This document shows positions 41,791 through 53,559 of a stretch of DNA of 55,005 bases, piece after piece. Source of the stretch: Thiobacillus sp. (GTDB lineage: Bacteria; Pseudomonadota; Gammaproteobacteria; Burkholderiales; Thiobacillaceae); the NCBI GenBank assembly GCA_018262815.1, contig JADFDN010000001.1:1-55005 (forward strand). Direction: 5' to 3'. Positions within the stretch are counted from its first letter, which is position 1. Every line of letters starts with the position of its first letter. The notes beneath the pieces are model-generated. The model searched no databases. It had not been told where the DNA came from and saw only the letters and a list, made by a program, of their open reading frames with translations. The translations under genes were made by a program, and so were the position numbers.

Positions 41791-43485
41791 ATGATCCCGC
41801 GCGACTTCATCGACACCCTGCTCGCCCGCGTCGACATCGTCGACGTCATCGATCGGCGCGTGCCGCTGAAAAAGGCCGGCCAGAACTACCAGGCCTGCTG
41901 CCCCTTCCACAGCGAAAAAACCCCCTCCTTCACCGTCAGTCCGACCAAGCAGTTCTACCACTGCTTCGGCTGCGGCGCGCACGGCACCGCGCTCGGCTTC
42001 CTGATGGAATACGAGCACATGGGGTTCCCCGACGCGGTGGCGGCACTGGCGCAGGACGTCGGCCTGCCGGTACCGGAATCCGGCGAGCCCGACCGTCCCA
42101 AGCCGCCGCCCGCGCTATGGGATGCGCTGGAGCTGGCCGCGCAGTTCTATAAAAAACAGTTGAAGCAGACGCCGCGTGCGATCGACTATCTGAAAAAACG
42201 CGGCCTTACCGGCGCCATCGCCGCCCGCTACGGCATCGGCTACGCGCCCGACGGCTCGCCGCTGAAACAGGTCTTCTCCGATTACACGGCGGAGGCACTG
42301 GCCGCGTCGGGCCTGGTCATCGACGGCGACCGCGGACGCTACGACCGCTTCCGCGACCGCATCATGTTCCCGATCCGCAACATCAAGGGCCAGATCGTCG
42401 GCTTTGGCGGCCGGATACTCGACCAGGGCGAACCCAAGTATCTCAATTCGCCTGAAACCCCGCTGTTCCACAAAGGCTCCGAGCTGTATGGCCTGTTCGA
42501 GGCGCGCGCCGCAATCAAGGCAGCCGGGCGTGCCATCGTGGTCGAAGGCTACATGGATGTAGTGGCGCTGGCGCAGCATGGCGTGGAATTCGCGGTGGCC
42601 GCGCTGGGCACCGCCACCACGCCTATCCATGCGCGCACCCTGCTGCGCCACACCGATCGCCTGGTCTTTGCCTTCGACGGCGACAATGCTGGCCGCAAGG
42701 CCGCCTGGCGCGCACTGGAGAATTCGCTCGAAGCGCTGCAGGACGGCAAGGAAATCAGCTTCCTGTTCCTGCCCGAAGGCGAAGACCCCGACAGCTACAT
42801 CCGCACCCATGGCCAGGCGGCCTTCCTGCAACTGCTGGACACCGACACTGTACCGCTCTCGGCGTTTCTGGTGCGCGAACTGGCGCGCGACCGCAAACTC
42901 GACAGCCAGGAGGGCCGGGCCGCGCTGATCAAGGACGCCAAGCCGCTGCTGGATAAAATTGCCGCCCCTCTGCTGGCCAGCCTGATTCGGCGGCAAATCG
43001 CCGATCTGGCGCACCTGCAGGCCGATGAACTCGGACTCGTAGGCGAAAAGTCCGCCGGAGCCCGCCGGGTTCCGCCCCGTCCACAGCGCCGCCCGGCGCC
43101 TTCTCGCGTACGCAGCCTGGCCCGCACCCTGCTGATGAATCCGCAGCGCGTGGCCGAAGTCGACAGATGCTGGCTGGACGCAAACGACCCCCTGAGCAGC
43201 CGCATGGGCGAACTGATGGCCTGGCTGCGCGAAATCGGCCCTCTCAAGCCGCAAACTCTTTGCGAAACCGCCAAAGGTAGTGCACTGGAGCCCCTCATTG
43301 ATGAACTGATGACGGATTTGCTCGACAAAGATGATAGCTGGGACTGGAACGCGGAATTCGACGGCGCCGTCAAACAGTTGCGTGACGACTGGCAGCGCCG
43401 ACGCTGGCAGGAACTGGCCGCCCGGCCATTGAGCAGCCTGAGCGCCGGGGAGCGCCAGGAATTGACCGAACTGGCACGGTCCTAG
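41791..43485 (+). CDS. dnaG: DNA primase
   Basis: CPFH.EKTPSF..CFGC zinc finger, KYLNSPET, EGYMDV, FDGD.AG. Confidence 0.96.
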   Translation: MIPRDFIDTLLARVDIVDVIDRRVPLKKAGQNYQACCPFHSEKTPSFTVSPTKQFYHCFGCGAHGTALGFLMEYEHMGFPDAVAALAQDVGLPVPESGEPDRPKPPPALWDALELAAQFYKKQLKQTPRAIDYLKKRGLTGAIAARYGIGYAPDGSPLKQVFSDYTAEALAASGLVIDGDRGRYDRFRDRIMFPIRNIKGQIVGFGGRILDQGEPKYLNSPETPLFHKGSELYGLFEARAAIKAAGRAIVVEGYMDVVALAQHGVEFAVAALGTATTPIHARTLLRHTDRLVFAFDGDNAGRKAAWRALENSLEALQDGKEISFLFLPEGEDPDSYIRTHGQAAFLQLLDTDTVPLSAFLVRELARDRKLDSQEGRAALIKDAKPLLDKIAAPLLASLIRRQIADLAHLQADELGLVGEKSAGARRVPPRPQRRPAPSRVRSLARTLLMNPQRVAEVDRCWLDANDPLSSRMGELMAWLREIGPLKPQTLCETAKGSALEPLIDELMTDLLDKDDSWDWNAEFDGAVKQLRDDWQRRRWQELAARPLSSLSAGERQELTELARS

Positions 43486-43599
43486 CTTGCCAGAAACGGC
43501 AAGACAAAGGCCGGATTTACGGTATAATTGCCGGTTTTTGAACGATTTTTTCTGTCGCGCGCGGTCTGCGCGAGGCAGAACCTGAGCGGAGAAAAGCCT

Positions 43600-45519
<1,920 letters not shown>

Positions 45520-45524
45520 GCGCC

Positions 45525-45556
45525 CTGCCCCGCCCTGCGCGGGGCAGTTTCGTTTT
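45525..45556 (+). terminator. Intrinsic terminator-like hairpin after rpoD
   Basis: CTGCCCCGC-CCTGC-GCGGGGCAG-TTTCGTTTT. Confidence 0.7.
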
Positions 45557-45557
45557 C

Positions 45558-45634
<77 letters not shown>

Positions 45635-45686
45635 AACACCAAACATCGCCGATAATCACCACCCATAAAAACAAAGGGAGTGCCTG

Positions 45687-46271
45687 ATGGAAGGGGAAGC
45701 CAGAAAACCCGGCGAGCGACGTTTGCAGATCCTGCAAACGCTGGCCGCGATGCTGCAGGAGCCGCAACCTGAAAAAATCACGACCGCGGCATTGGCCGCG
45801 CGCGTGGGCGTGTCGGAGGCCGCGCTGTACCGCCACTTTTCCAGCAAGGCCCAGATGTATGAAGGCCTGATCGAGTTTATCGAGCAGACGCTATTCGGTC
45901 TGATCGCCCGCATCACGGCCGACACGCCCTCGCCGGCCGCGCAGGTCGAGGCCATTCTCAGCATGCTGCTGAATTTCGCGGCGAAGAATCCGGGGATGAC
46001 GCGAGTCCTGATCGGCGATGCGCTGGTGCACGAAAACGAGCGCCTGCAAAAGCGCATCAACCAGCTGCACGACCGCATCGAGGCGCAGTTGCGGCAATGC
46101 CTGCGCCTGGGCGGCGACAAGCAGTCGGAACTCAGCGCACCGCTGGCCAATCTGCTGCAATGCGTGGTGGTGGGACGCTGGCACCAGTTTGCCAAGAGCG
46201 GATTCACCCGCGCCCCGGGCGGCGATATCGACCTGCTGCTGTCACGCCTGCTTGACGTTCACCCGGCCTGA
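45687..46271 (+). CDS. slmA: Nucleoid occlusion factor SlmA (TetR family)
   Basis: ITTA.LA..VGVSEAALYRHF.SKAQM.EGLIEFIE, NPGMTR.L.G.AL..E..RL. Confidence 0.9.
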   Translation: MEGEARKPGERRLQILQTLAAMLQEPQPEKITTAALAARVGVSEAALYRHFSSKAQMYEGLIEFIEQTLFGLIARITADTPSPAAQVEAILSMLLNFAAKNPGMTRVLIGDALVHENERLQKRINQLHDRIEAQLRQCLRLGGDKQSELSAPLANLLQCVVVGRWHQFAKSGFTRAPGGDIDLLLSRLLDVHPA

Positions 46272-47032
46272 CGCGACCCAGGCTGTCCACACACCGGGCA
46301 GCCTGGGTCGCGCGGCACGCGCATCACCCGGGCGTCGGCACGCAGCCCGTCCCACAACAGCAACCGCCCGATCAGCGGCTCGCCGACCCGGGTCAGGTAT
46401 TTAAGCGCCTCCAGGGCCTGCATCGCTCCGATGATGCCCACCAGCGGAGACATCACGCCCGCCTCGGCGCAGCGCAATTCGGCCTCATCCGCGTGGTCAG
46501 GAAACAGGCAGTGGTAACAGGGACTGTCGCCACGTCCCGAGTCGAAAACAGCCAGCTGTCCGGAAAACCCGATCGCAGCGCCCGACACCAAGGGTTTCTT
46601 CAACTGCACGCATGCGCGATTGACCGCATGCCGGGTGGCGAAATTGTCCGAGGCGTCGACCACCAGATCCACCGCCGCCACCGCATCGTACAGGGCACGG
46701 GCGGCCAGCGCCTGTTGAAGCGGGAACACTCCGATTTCGGGATTGATGGCCCGTACGCTGCGGGCAAGGGAATCGGCCTTGTTTTCGCCGATCGCCACGG
46801 TAGCGTGACCGATCTGGCGCTGCAGATTGGTGAGGTCAACCGTATCGCCATCGGCCAGCACCAGGCGCCCGACCCCAGCTGCGCCCAGATACAGCGCCAC
46901 CGGGCACCCCAGCCCGCCAGCACCGACAACCAGTACCGCGGCGCTGCAGATGCGCGCCTGACCGGCCACGCCGATTTCCGGCAGCAGGATATGCCGGCTG
47001 TAACGCAGCAAGAGGTCGTCGGTCAGGTCCAT
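46259..47032 (-). CDS. HesA/MoeB/ThiF family adenylyltransferase
   Basis: RYSRHILL, VGAGGLG, NLQRQ, PCY.CL, C-terminal CPVC. Confidence 0.9.
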   Translation of the reverse strand: MDLTDDLLLRYSRHILLPEIGVAGQARICSAAVLVVGAGGLGCPVALYLGAAGVGRLVLADGDTVDLTNLQRQIGHATVAIGENKADSLARSVRAINPEIGVFPLQQALAARALYDAVAAVDLVVDASDNFATRHAVNRACVQLKKPLVSGAAIGFSGQLAVFDSGRGDSPCYHCLFPDHADEAELRCAEAGVMSPLVGIIGAMQALEALKYLTRVGEPLIGRLLLWDGLRADARVMRVPRDPGCPVCGQPGSRQAG

Positions 47033-47047
47033 GAAAGACGCGCGATA

Positions 47048-47443
47048 CTACTTATAACCGCGCCATTCTTCCGGCGTGTCGTCCCGGTCGCCATGCAAAT
47101 GGCGCTCGTAGACTTCCATGTAAGCCTGCTGGGATTTGATGTCCGGCTCGTTGGCCGCGACATTGCGCCGTTGCACGCTTTCGCAAAAATAGGCCAGTGC
47201 GCGCTTGAGTTTGCTCATGAGGCTGTTATCGAGGTGGAAGCCCTGGCTCGCCAAGGCAGTTTCCAGGCCTTCCAGGGTGTATTCGCAGATGTGGTAACGC
47301 ACCAGCAGGCGGTTGCCGTCCGGCCCGATCGCGACCTCCAGCCCCTCCAGGCCTTCCAGCAGGACCTGTGCGCGTTCGGCCTGCCCAACCGGCAAGGCAT
47401 GGAAAACGATTTCGCGGTCTTTTTCGAGGTCACATGGGCGCAT
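47048..47443 (-). CDS. Hypothetical protein, possibly an HMA-like fold lacking CxxC
   Basis: 131 aa, co-directional, fills the ctpA-moeB gap; C-terminal HLHGDRDDTPEEW. Confidence 0.7.
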   Translation of the reverse strand: MRPCDLEKDREIVFHALPVGQAERAQVLLEGLEGLEVAIGPDGNRLLVRYHICEYTLEGLETALASQGFHLDNSLMSKLKRALAYFCESVQRRNVAANEPDIKSQQAYMEVYERHLHGDRDDTPEEWRGYK

Positions 47444-47526
47444 GACATCACCAGTCAGGCTGAGTTTGCCTCAGTATAGCGCTGACGCCTCGGCTGTGCC
47501 GGGGATGACGGCGACAGCACCGCAGA

Positions 47527-48942
47527 TCAACGGCCCTGGAAAATCTGCAGGCCCTTCAGCAGGTTCAGCGCCTGGTTCACCTGGAAATCGTTCTTCGACA
47601 CGATTTCACCGGGTTCCAGCGTCAAAGGCTTGAGGTCCCTGCCATCCGGAACCGGCTTGTCGGCCGGCGGCGCCTTGTTGGCATCGCTCGGCTTGCCGCC
47701 AGGCGGCGTCTCGTCGCCATTGGGATTGCTCAGATGCTTGTCGAGATCCGCCTCACGGATGCCCAGCCCCTCGTCTTCCGATGGCATGCTCGGATCTTCC
47801 ACCACGATATCGGGCTCGATACCCTTGGCCTGGATCGAACGTCCGTTCGGTGTGAAATAGCGCGCCGTGGTGAGCTTGATGGCCGTGCCGTTGCCGATCG
47901 GCAGAATCGTCTGCACCGAGCCCTTGCCGAAGGTACGGGTACCCATGACGACCGCGCGCTTGTGATCCTGCAGCGCCCCCGCCACGATTTCCGAGGCCGA
48001 GGCCGAACCGCTGTTGACCAGCACCACCATCGGCACCTGCTTTACGCCCTGGGGAAGATTTTTAAGGTAATCCGCCTGCATCGGGCGAAGATAGTGCTCG
48101 CGGCTGGCAGTCAGCCTCATTTTGGCATCTTCGGTGCGGCCCTCGGTATACACCACGAGGCTGTCGGGCTTGACGAACGCCGCCGTCACCGCGACCGCAG
48201 CATTGAGCAGGCCGCCCGGATCGTTGCGCAGATCGAGGACCAGACCTTTCAACGGCGTCTTGTTGTCCTTGTACAGTTTGTTCAGCGATTCAGCCAGGAG
48301 ATCGCCGGTATGCTCCTGAAACTGCGTCACGCGCAGATAGCCGTAGCCGTTTTCAAGCAGCGTGGACTTGACGCTGCGGATCTTGATGACCGCGCGCGTC
48401 AGGGTCAGCACGACGGGTTTGTCGACGCCCTTGCGCGCAATGGTGAGCTTGATGCTCGATCCCGGCTTGCCGCGCATCCGCTTCACCGCGTCGTTCAGCG
48501 TCATTCCCTTCACCGGCGTGTCGTCGAGCCTGACGATCAGGTCGCCGGGCTTGACCCCGGCCTTGAAGGCGGGCGTATCCTCGATCGGAGAAATTACCTT
48601 GACGAAGCCGTCTTCCATGCCGACTTCGATGCCCAGGCCGCCGAATTCGCCCTGGGTGCCGACCTGCAGATCTTTGAATGCATCGGCATCAAGATAGGAC
48701 GAATGCGGATCCAGTCCGGTCAGCATGCCGTTGATCGCCTCGGTGATGAGTTTCTTGTCCTCGACCGGCTCGACATAATCGTTCTTGATGCGGGCGAACA
48801 CATCGGTAAAGGCGCGCAGTTCCTCGACCGGAAGCGCCGTCGCGGCCTCCTTGTCGGCTATCGCCGACAGATTGACCGTCAACGCAGCGCCCGCCAGCAG
48901 GCCGGCCAGGCCGACAACAATGAATTTCGCCTTTTGTTTCAT
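47527..48942 (-). CDS. ctpA: S41 family carboxyl-terminal processing protease
   Basis: LDPHS.Y, PDZ GLGI, DLRNDPGG, SASASEI, TFGKG.VQ. Confidence 0.93.
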   Translation of the reverse strand: MKQKAKFIVVGLAGLLAGAALTVNLSAIADKEAATALPVEELRAFTDVFARIKNDYVEPVEDKKLITEAINGMLTGLDPHSSYLDADAFKDLQVGTQGEFGGLGIEVGMEDGFVKVISPIEDTPAFKAGVKPGDLIVRLDDTPVKGMTLNDAVKRMRGKPGSSIKLTIARKGVDKPVVLTLTRAVIKIRSVKSTLLENGYGYLRVTQFQEHTGDLLAESLNKLYKDNKTPLKGLVLDLRNDPGGLLNAAVAVTAAFVKPDSLVVYTEGRTEDAKMRLTASREHYLRPMQADYLKNLPQGVKQVPMVVLVNSGSASASEIVAGALQDHKRAVVMGTRTFGKGSVQTILPIGNGTAIKLTTARYFTPNGRSIQAKGIEPDIVVEDPSMPSEDEGLGIREADLDKHLSNPNGDETPPGGKPSDANKAPPADKPVPDGRDLKPLTLEPGEIVSKNDFQVNQALNLLKGLQIFQGR

Positions 48943-48943
48943 T

Positions 48944-50194
48944 TCACTTCACCCACAGCAGGGGATTAACAGGACGGCTTTGATGCCGCATTTCAAAATA
49001 CAAACCGGTGTCGGGTTGACCGCCGCTGTTGCCGACCGCGGCAATGGGGTCGCCGGGCTGGACCCGTTCTCCCACCTGCTTATACAGACTTTCATTATTG
49101 CTGTACAGGCTCATGTAGCCTTCGCCGTGATCGACAATAATGAGGTTGCCGAAGCCGCGCAGCCACTCGGAAAACACCACCTGGCCGGCCGCGATCGCCT
49201 TCACCACCGTACCTTCCGCAGCGCGGATGAAAAGGCCTTTCCAGCTCAGCCCGCCTCCTTCCCTCGGAGCACCGAAGCGATTCATCAGTTCCCCGGCCAC
49301 GGGCAAGCGCAGCGAGCCTTTCAATCCCGAAAAGGGCCGATCCGTGCGAAATGCCACCGGCGTTTCGGTATTCACCGCCACACCACGGCGCGGCGAGCCT
49401 GCCGCGTTCTTGTCCGCCGCCCGTTTCTGTTGCGCAAGCCGAGCCGCGCGTGCGTGCGCGGCTTCGCGGGCTGCCTGCTGCGCCATCAGCCGGTTGAGGC
49501 GTTCAACCAGCCGAGTCAGGCTGCGTTCGTCCCGCTTCAAATTCGAAATCTGGCGCTGCTGCTGCTGGATCTCCGCCGACAGTTTCTGCAGCACCCGCTC
49601 GCGTGCACGCTTGTCAGCCAGCAGTTTCTTCTGCTCGGCCTCGCGGGCCGCCTGCAATTGCGTCAGCTCGCTCGACTTCTGCGCAGCCTGCTGCTGCAAG
49701 GCAGCCAGCTGCGCGAGGTCGGCGCGCAGCATCTCGATCATGGCGTGCTGCGCGCGCGACAGGTGTGCCAGGTAATGCAGATCGCGCGCGGACTGATTGG
49801 GATCCTCGCCGTTGAGGATGAATTTCAGGGCATCGCCCTGCCCGCGGCGGTATGCGCCTTTGAGCGCCTGGGCCAGATGGGCCTGCTGCTCGCGAATGCG
49901 CATTGTCGTGGCATCGGCCTGCTGCGTCAGGGTCTGCAGATCGTGCCGGGTACGCTGGCGCTCGCTGTCCAGCTGGCGCAGCTGGCTGAGCGCGCTGCTG
50001 ATCGCGCGCTCGGACTGGCGCAGTTCGTCCACCACTTCCTTGCGATGCGCCTGGGTCGTGCGAAATTCCTGCTGCAGCGTCTGCAGACGCCGCTTGAGCG
50101 CATCAAGTTCGGATTGCTTGCGGTCAGCCTGATTGGCGCCGACATGCAGCGGCCAGGCCAGAGCCAGCAGGACGAGAAATAATCTGACGTTCAC
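48944..50194 (-). CDS. envC: Murein hydrolase activator EnvC
   Basis: Signal peptide, long coiled coil, degenerate M23 domain (WKGLFI, SLY..N, LYFE.R). Confidence 0.88.
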   Translation of the reverse strand: MNVRLFLVLLALAWPLHVGANQADRKQSELDALKRRLQTLQQEFRTTQAHRKEVVDELRQSERAISSALSQLRQLDSERQRTRHDLQTLTQQADATTMRIREQQAHLAQALKGAYRRGQGDALKFILNGEDPNQSARDLHYLAHLSRAQHAMIEMLRADLAQLAALQQQAAQKSSELTQLQAAREAEQKKLLADKRARERVLQKLSAEIQQQQRQISNLKRDERSLTRLVERLNRLMAQQAAREAAHARAARLAQQKRAADKNAAGSPRRGVAVNTETPVAFRTDRPFSGLKGSLRLPVAGELMNRFGAPREGGGLSWKGLFIRAAEGTVVKAIAAGQVVFSEWLRGFGNLIIVDHGEGYMSLYSNNESLYKQVGERVQPGDPIAAVGNSGGQPDTGLYFEMRHQSRPVNPLLWVK

Positions 50195-50224
50195 CCCGGT
50201 GAGCTTACCCGAACTGCACCGGCT

Positions 50225-51766
50225 TTACTCAAACTGGACGAGGGCCTCACCGGTCATTTCAGGGGGTTGCGGCAGATCCATCATTTTCAGCAGGGTCGGG
50301 CTGATATCTTCCAGCGCGCCGGTTTCCGCCAGCGTGGCGTGGCTGCGGCCCACATAGATCAGCGGCACCAGATTCATCGTGTGCGCCGTGTGCGCCTGCC
50401 CGGTTTCGGCATCGCGCATCAGTTCGGCATTGCCGTGGTCGGCCGTCACCAGCACCTCGCCACCGCGCGCCAGCTGGGCTTCCACCACGCGTCCCAGACA
50501 GGTGTCGACGGTTTCGATGGCCTTGATCGCGGCCTGCAGATCGCCGGTATGCCCCACCATGTCGGGATTGGCGTAGTTGCAGACGATGACGTCATACTGC
50601 TTGCTGTTGATGGCCGCGAGCAGTTTCTCGGTGACTTCGAACGCACTCATCTCGGGCTTTAGGTCGTAGGTCGCGACATCGGGCGACGGCACCAGCACCC
50701 GATCCTCGCCGGGAAAGGACACCTCCTCGCCGCCGTTGAAGAAGAAGGTGACATGCGGGTACTTCTCGGTTTCGGCAATGCGCAACTGGCGCAGTCCGAG
50801 TTTCGCGATGTATTCGCCCAGTCCGTTCTTGATCCGCTCGGGCGGGAACGCCACCGACACGACGAAATCGTCGCTGTAGCCGGTCAACGTGCAGTACGTT
50901 GCCAGACGCGGTGTGACTTCGCGTTCGAATTCGCTGAAATCGGCTTCGATGAAGGGCCGCGACAACTGGCGCGCACGGTCGGATCGGAAGTTGAGGAAGA
51001 TCACCGAATCGCCATCTTCCATTTTCACCGGCTTGCCGTCGGGCGGCAGGATAGACGTGGCCTTGACGAATTCGTCGGTTTCCCCGCGTGCGTAGGCAGC
51101 CTCCAGTCCGGCCAGCGGATTTTCCGCCATGAATTCGGCGCGTCCCTGCGTCAGCAGGTCATAGGCGGATTTGACCCGCTGCCAGCGGCGATCGCGGTCC
51201 ATCGCGTAGTAGCGGCCGATCATCGACGCGATGTGGCCGACGCCGGCCTGCTCGATTTTCTCGTTGAGGCGGCGCAGGTAGATTTCGGCGCTTTTCGGCG
51301 GCGTGTCGCGGCCGTCCAGAAACACGTGCAGGCAAACCTTGCGCAGGCCTTCACGAACGGCCAGATCGAGCAGCGCATGGAAGTGTGACTCGTGGCTGTG
51401 CACCCCTCCATCCGACAGCAGGCCCAGCACATGCAGGGTCTTGTCGTTGTCGCGCGCCAGATGCACCGCGTTCAGCAAGGCCGGGTTGGTGTAGAAATAG
51501 CCGGACTCGATGGCCCGGTCGATGCGGGTGAATTCCTGGTACACCACGCGCCCTGCCCCGATGTTCAGATGGCCCACCTCGGAGTTGCCCATCTGCCCCT
51601 TCGGCAGCCCCACTTCGGATTCGGAGGCGTGTATCAGCGTATGCGGATGCTGCTTCCACAACCGGTCCCAGTTGGGTTTGTTGGCCTGGGCAATCGCGTT
51701 GTCGGCGCGCTCCGCGCGGCAACCAAAACCGTCAAGGATGATGAGGAGAACCGGCGTGGTCTTCAT
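50225..51766 (-). CDS. gpmI: 2,3-bisphosphoglycerate-independent phosphoglycerate mutase
   Basis: GQMGNSEVGH, AETEKY.HVT.FF, PDMVGHTG, TADHGN. Confidence 0.97.
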   Translation of the reverse strand: MKTTPVLLIILDGFGCRAERADNAIAQANKPNWDRLWKQHPHTLIHASESEVGLPKGQMGNSEVGHLNIGAGRVVYQEFTRIDRAIESGYFYTNPALLNAVHLARDNDKTLHVLGLLSDGGVHSHESHFHALLDLAVREGLRKVCLHVFLDGRDTPPKSAEIYLRRLNEKIEQAGVGHIASMIGRYYAMDRDRRWQRVKSAYDLLTQGRAEFMAENPLAGLEAAYARGETDEFVKATSILPPDGKPVKMEDGDSVIFLNFRSDRARQLSRPFIEADFSEFEREVTPRLATYCTLTGYSDDFVVSVAFPPERIKNGLGEYIAKLGLRQLRIAETEKYPHVTFFFNGGEEVSFPGEDRVLVPSPDVATYDLKPEMSAFEVTEKLLAAINSKQYDVIVCNYANPDMVGHTGDLQAAIKAIETVDTCLGRVVEAQLARGGEVLVTADHGNAELMRDAETGQAHTAHTMNLVPLIYVGRSHATLAETGALEDISPTLLKMMDLPQPPEMTGEALVQFE

Positions 51767-51938
51767 GAAAAAATTTATATTACCTGGCTTGATTTTGTGG
51801 GATTATTTTAATATATGCGTGATTGCTAATCTATATGCAACGCGCAATGTTGCACGAAAATGCCGCGCGCCGCTTGCGTTCCCACCCGTAAACCGGCCGC
51901 ATCAGAGTACTACATGAAGCGTAAACAGGATCGAGGTT

Positions 51939-52268
51939 ATGAATATGGCAGCTGACTGGGACGAAGTCGATCTCATGGACAAGGACGAGCATATCGAGCA
52001 GGCCTCGCGTGCGATGAAGGCCATGTCGCATCCGTTGCGCCTGAAAATTCTCTGCGTGCTCGGCGACAAGGAAATCAGCGTGCAGGACATCGTCGACCAT
52101 GTCGGCACCTCGCAAAGCAACATTTCGCAGCACCTCGCCATTCTGCGCGACAAGGGCGTGCTGCGCACCCGCAAGGATGCCAACCGGGTCTATTACCGCG
52201 TTGGCGACACCCGTACACTCAAGCTGCTCGGCATGATGCGCGACGTGTTCTGCGGCTTCACCAAATAG
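51939..52268 (+). CDS. ArsR/SmtB family regulator, BigR/SqrR/YgaV-like with two Cys
   Basis: K..SHP.RL.ILC.L, QSN.SQHL..LR, C-terminal FC; start may instead be 51945. Confidence 0.9.
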   Translation: MNMAADWDEVDLMDKDEHIEQASRAMKAMSHPLRLKILCVLGDKEISVQDIVDHVGTSQSNISQHLAILRDKGVLRTRKDANRVYYRVGDTRTLKLLGMMRDVFCGFTK

Positions 52269-52293
52269 ACGCCCCCCCGCCGCAGTCAATCCG

Positions 52294-52325
52294 GCCCGGC
52301 AACGCGCAAGCGTGCCGGGCTTTTT
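52294..52325 (+). terminator. Intrinsic terminator after the ArsR gene
   Basis: GCCCGGC(A)ACGC-GCAA-GCGTGCCGGGC-TTTTT. Confidence 0.75.
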
Positions 52326-52463
52326 CAATGCAGCGTCACGCGGCACGCGCGCGCCGGCGCAGTAGATCGGGGCCTTCTTGTGGGGCATACTTGGACAGGC
52401 CGTGACCTGCAATGCGGCCTCTCATCTCGCAGACCGCATCCAAGCGCTTGAATTAAATAATTA

Positions 52464-52479
52464 ATTAGCATATTCTAAT
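52464..52479. promoter_or_regulatory. Candidate ArsR-family operator upstream of the RND operon
   Basis: ATTAG-CATATT-CTAAT inverted repeat in an AT-rich patch 24 bp before the start codon. Confidence 0.55.
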
Positions 52480-52503
52480 GGACGATTTCCCGGAGGTGCA
52501 CCC

Positions 52504-53553
52504 GTGTTGAACCCCGCCCGCTTACTGGCCTGCGTCATCCTTGCTTCGCCCCCCGCCTGGGCAGCCCTGCCGTTCGCCGTTGCACCGGTGAAATACCAGA
52601 TGGCCGACACCGGTTACTCCACCGAAGCCGCAGTCGAGGCCGTCAAGCAATCAACCCTCGCTGCGCAGGTATCGGGACGCGTGGCGGCAGTCAATTTCGA
52701 CGCCGGCGACTATGTCAAGGCGGGCACGGTCATCGTCCGCCTGTCCGCCCAGGAACTGTCGTCCGCGGTAGCGGGCAGCCAGGCGCAGGTGGCGCAGGCT
52801 GCGGCCACGCTGGCCAATGCGCGCGCCAATTATGAGCGCCAGCAGCAGCTGTTCCAGCAGAAATTCATCAGTCAGGCCGCACTCGACCGCGCCACCGCCG
52901 AGTTCCGTGCCGCAGAAGCGGCTGCGCGTGCCGCGCGGGCTGGCGTCGGCCAGACCGCTGCCATGAGCAGCTATACCGTGATCACGGCGCCGTTTTCAGG
53001 CGTGGTCGCCGCACGTCACGTCGAAGTGGGCGAGACCGTCACGCCAGGCAAACCCTTAATGACGGGCTTCGATCCCAAGGACATGCGGGTGATCGCCAAC
53101 ATCCCGCAGTACAAGCTGGCCGAAGTAAAACGCTCGCCGCGCGTCGCCGTTGAAATTCCCTCGCTCAACAAGTGGATCGACGCCACCGGCATTACCGTGC
53201 TGCCGTCGGCGGATGTCGCCACTCACACGGTCAAGGTGCGTATCGACCTGCCGACCAACTTGGAAGGTGTCATCCCCGGCATGTTCGCCCGCGCGCATTT
53301 TTCGGTGGGCAGCGCGCGCAAGCTCACCATCCCTTCGACCGCCGTGGTGCGCCGCTCTGAAATCACCGCGGTGTACGTGGTGAACAAGGATCAGGTCAGC
53401 TTGCGGCAGGTCCGCCTGGGCACCCCCAACGGACGCGGGCAGGTGGAAGTGCTGGCTGGCCTGAATCCGGGTGACGTCATCGCGCTCGAACCGGTCAAGG
53501 CGGGCATCTACGCCAAAAGCGCCGCCAACCAGCCGGCTCGGTCGGTCAAGTAA
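52504..53553 (+). CDS. RND efflux periplasmic adaptor (membrane fusion protein)
   Basis: RBS GGAGG, GTG start; lipoyl halves (VSGRV....GD.V; I.APFSG.V) around a helical hairpin; PGMF.R, GL..G. Confidence 0.9.
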   Translation: MLNPARLLACVILASPPAWAALPFAVAPVKYQMADTGYSTEAAVEAVKQSTLAAQVSGRVAAVNFDAGDYVKAGTVIVRLSAQELSSAVAGSQAQVAQAAATLANARANYERQQQLFQQKFISQAALDRATAEFRAAEAAARAARAGVGQTAAMSSYTVITAPFSGVVAARHVEVGETVTPGKPLMTGFDPKDMRVIANIPQYKLAEVKRSPRVAVEIPSLNKWIDATGITVLPSADVATHTVKVRIDLPTNLEGVIPGMFARAHFSVGSARKLTIPSTAVVRRSEITAVYVVNKDQVSLRQVRLGTPNGRGQVEVLAGLNPGDVIALEPVKAGIYAKSAANQPARSVK

Positions 53554-53559
53554 ACGGGC

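Noticed and set aside
51836-51854. TGCAAC-N7-GTTGCA palindrome upstream of the ArsR gene as an NtrC site
   Set aside because: Sequence and spacing do not match TGCACC-N5-GGTGCA, and no sigma-54 promoter is evident nearby; left unassigned
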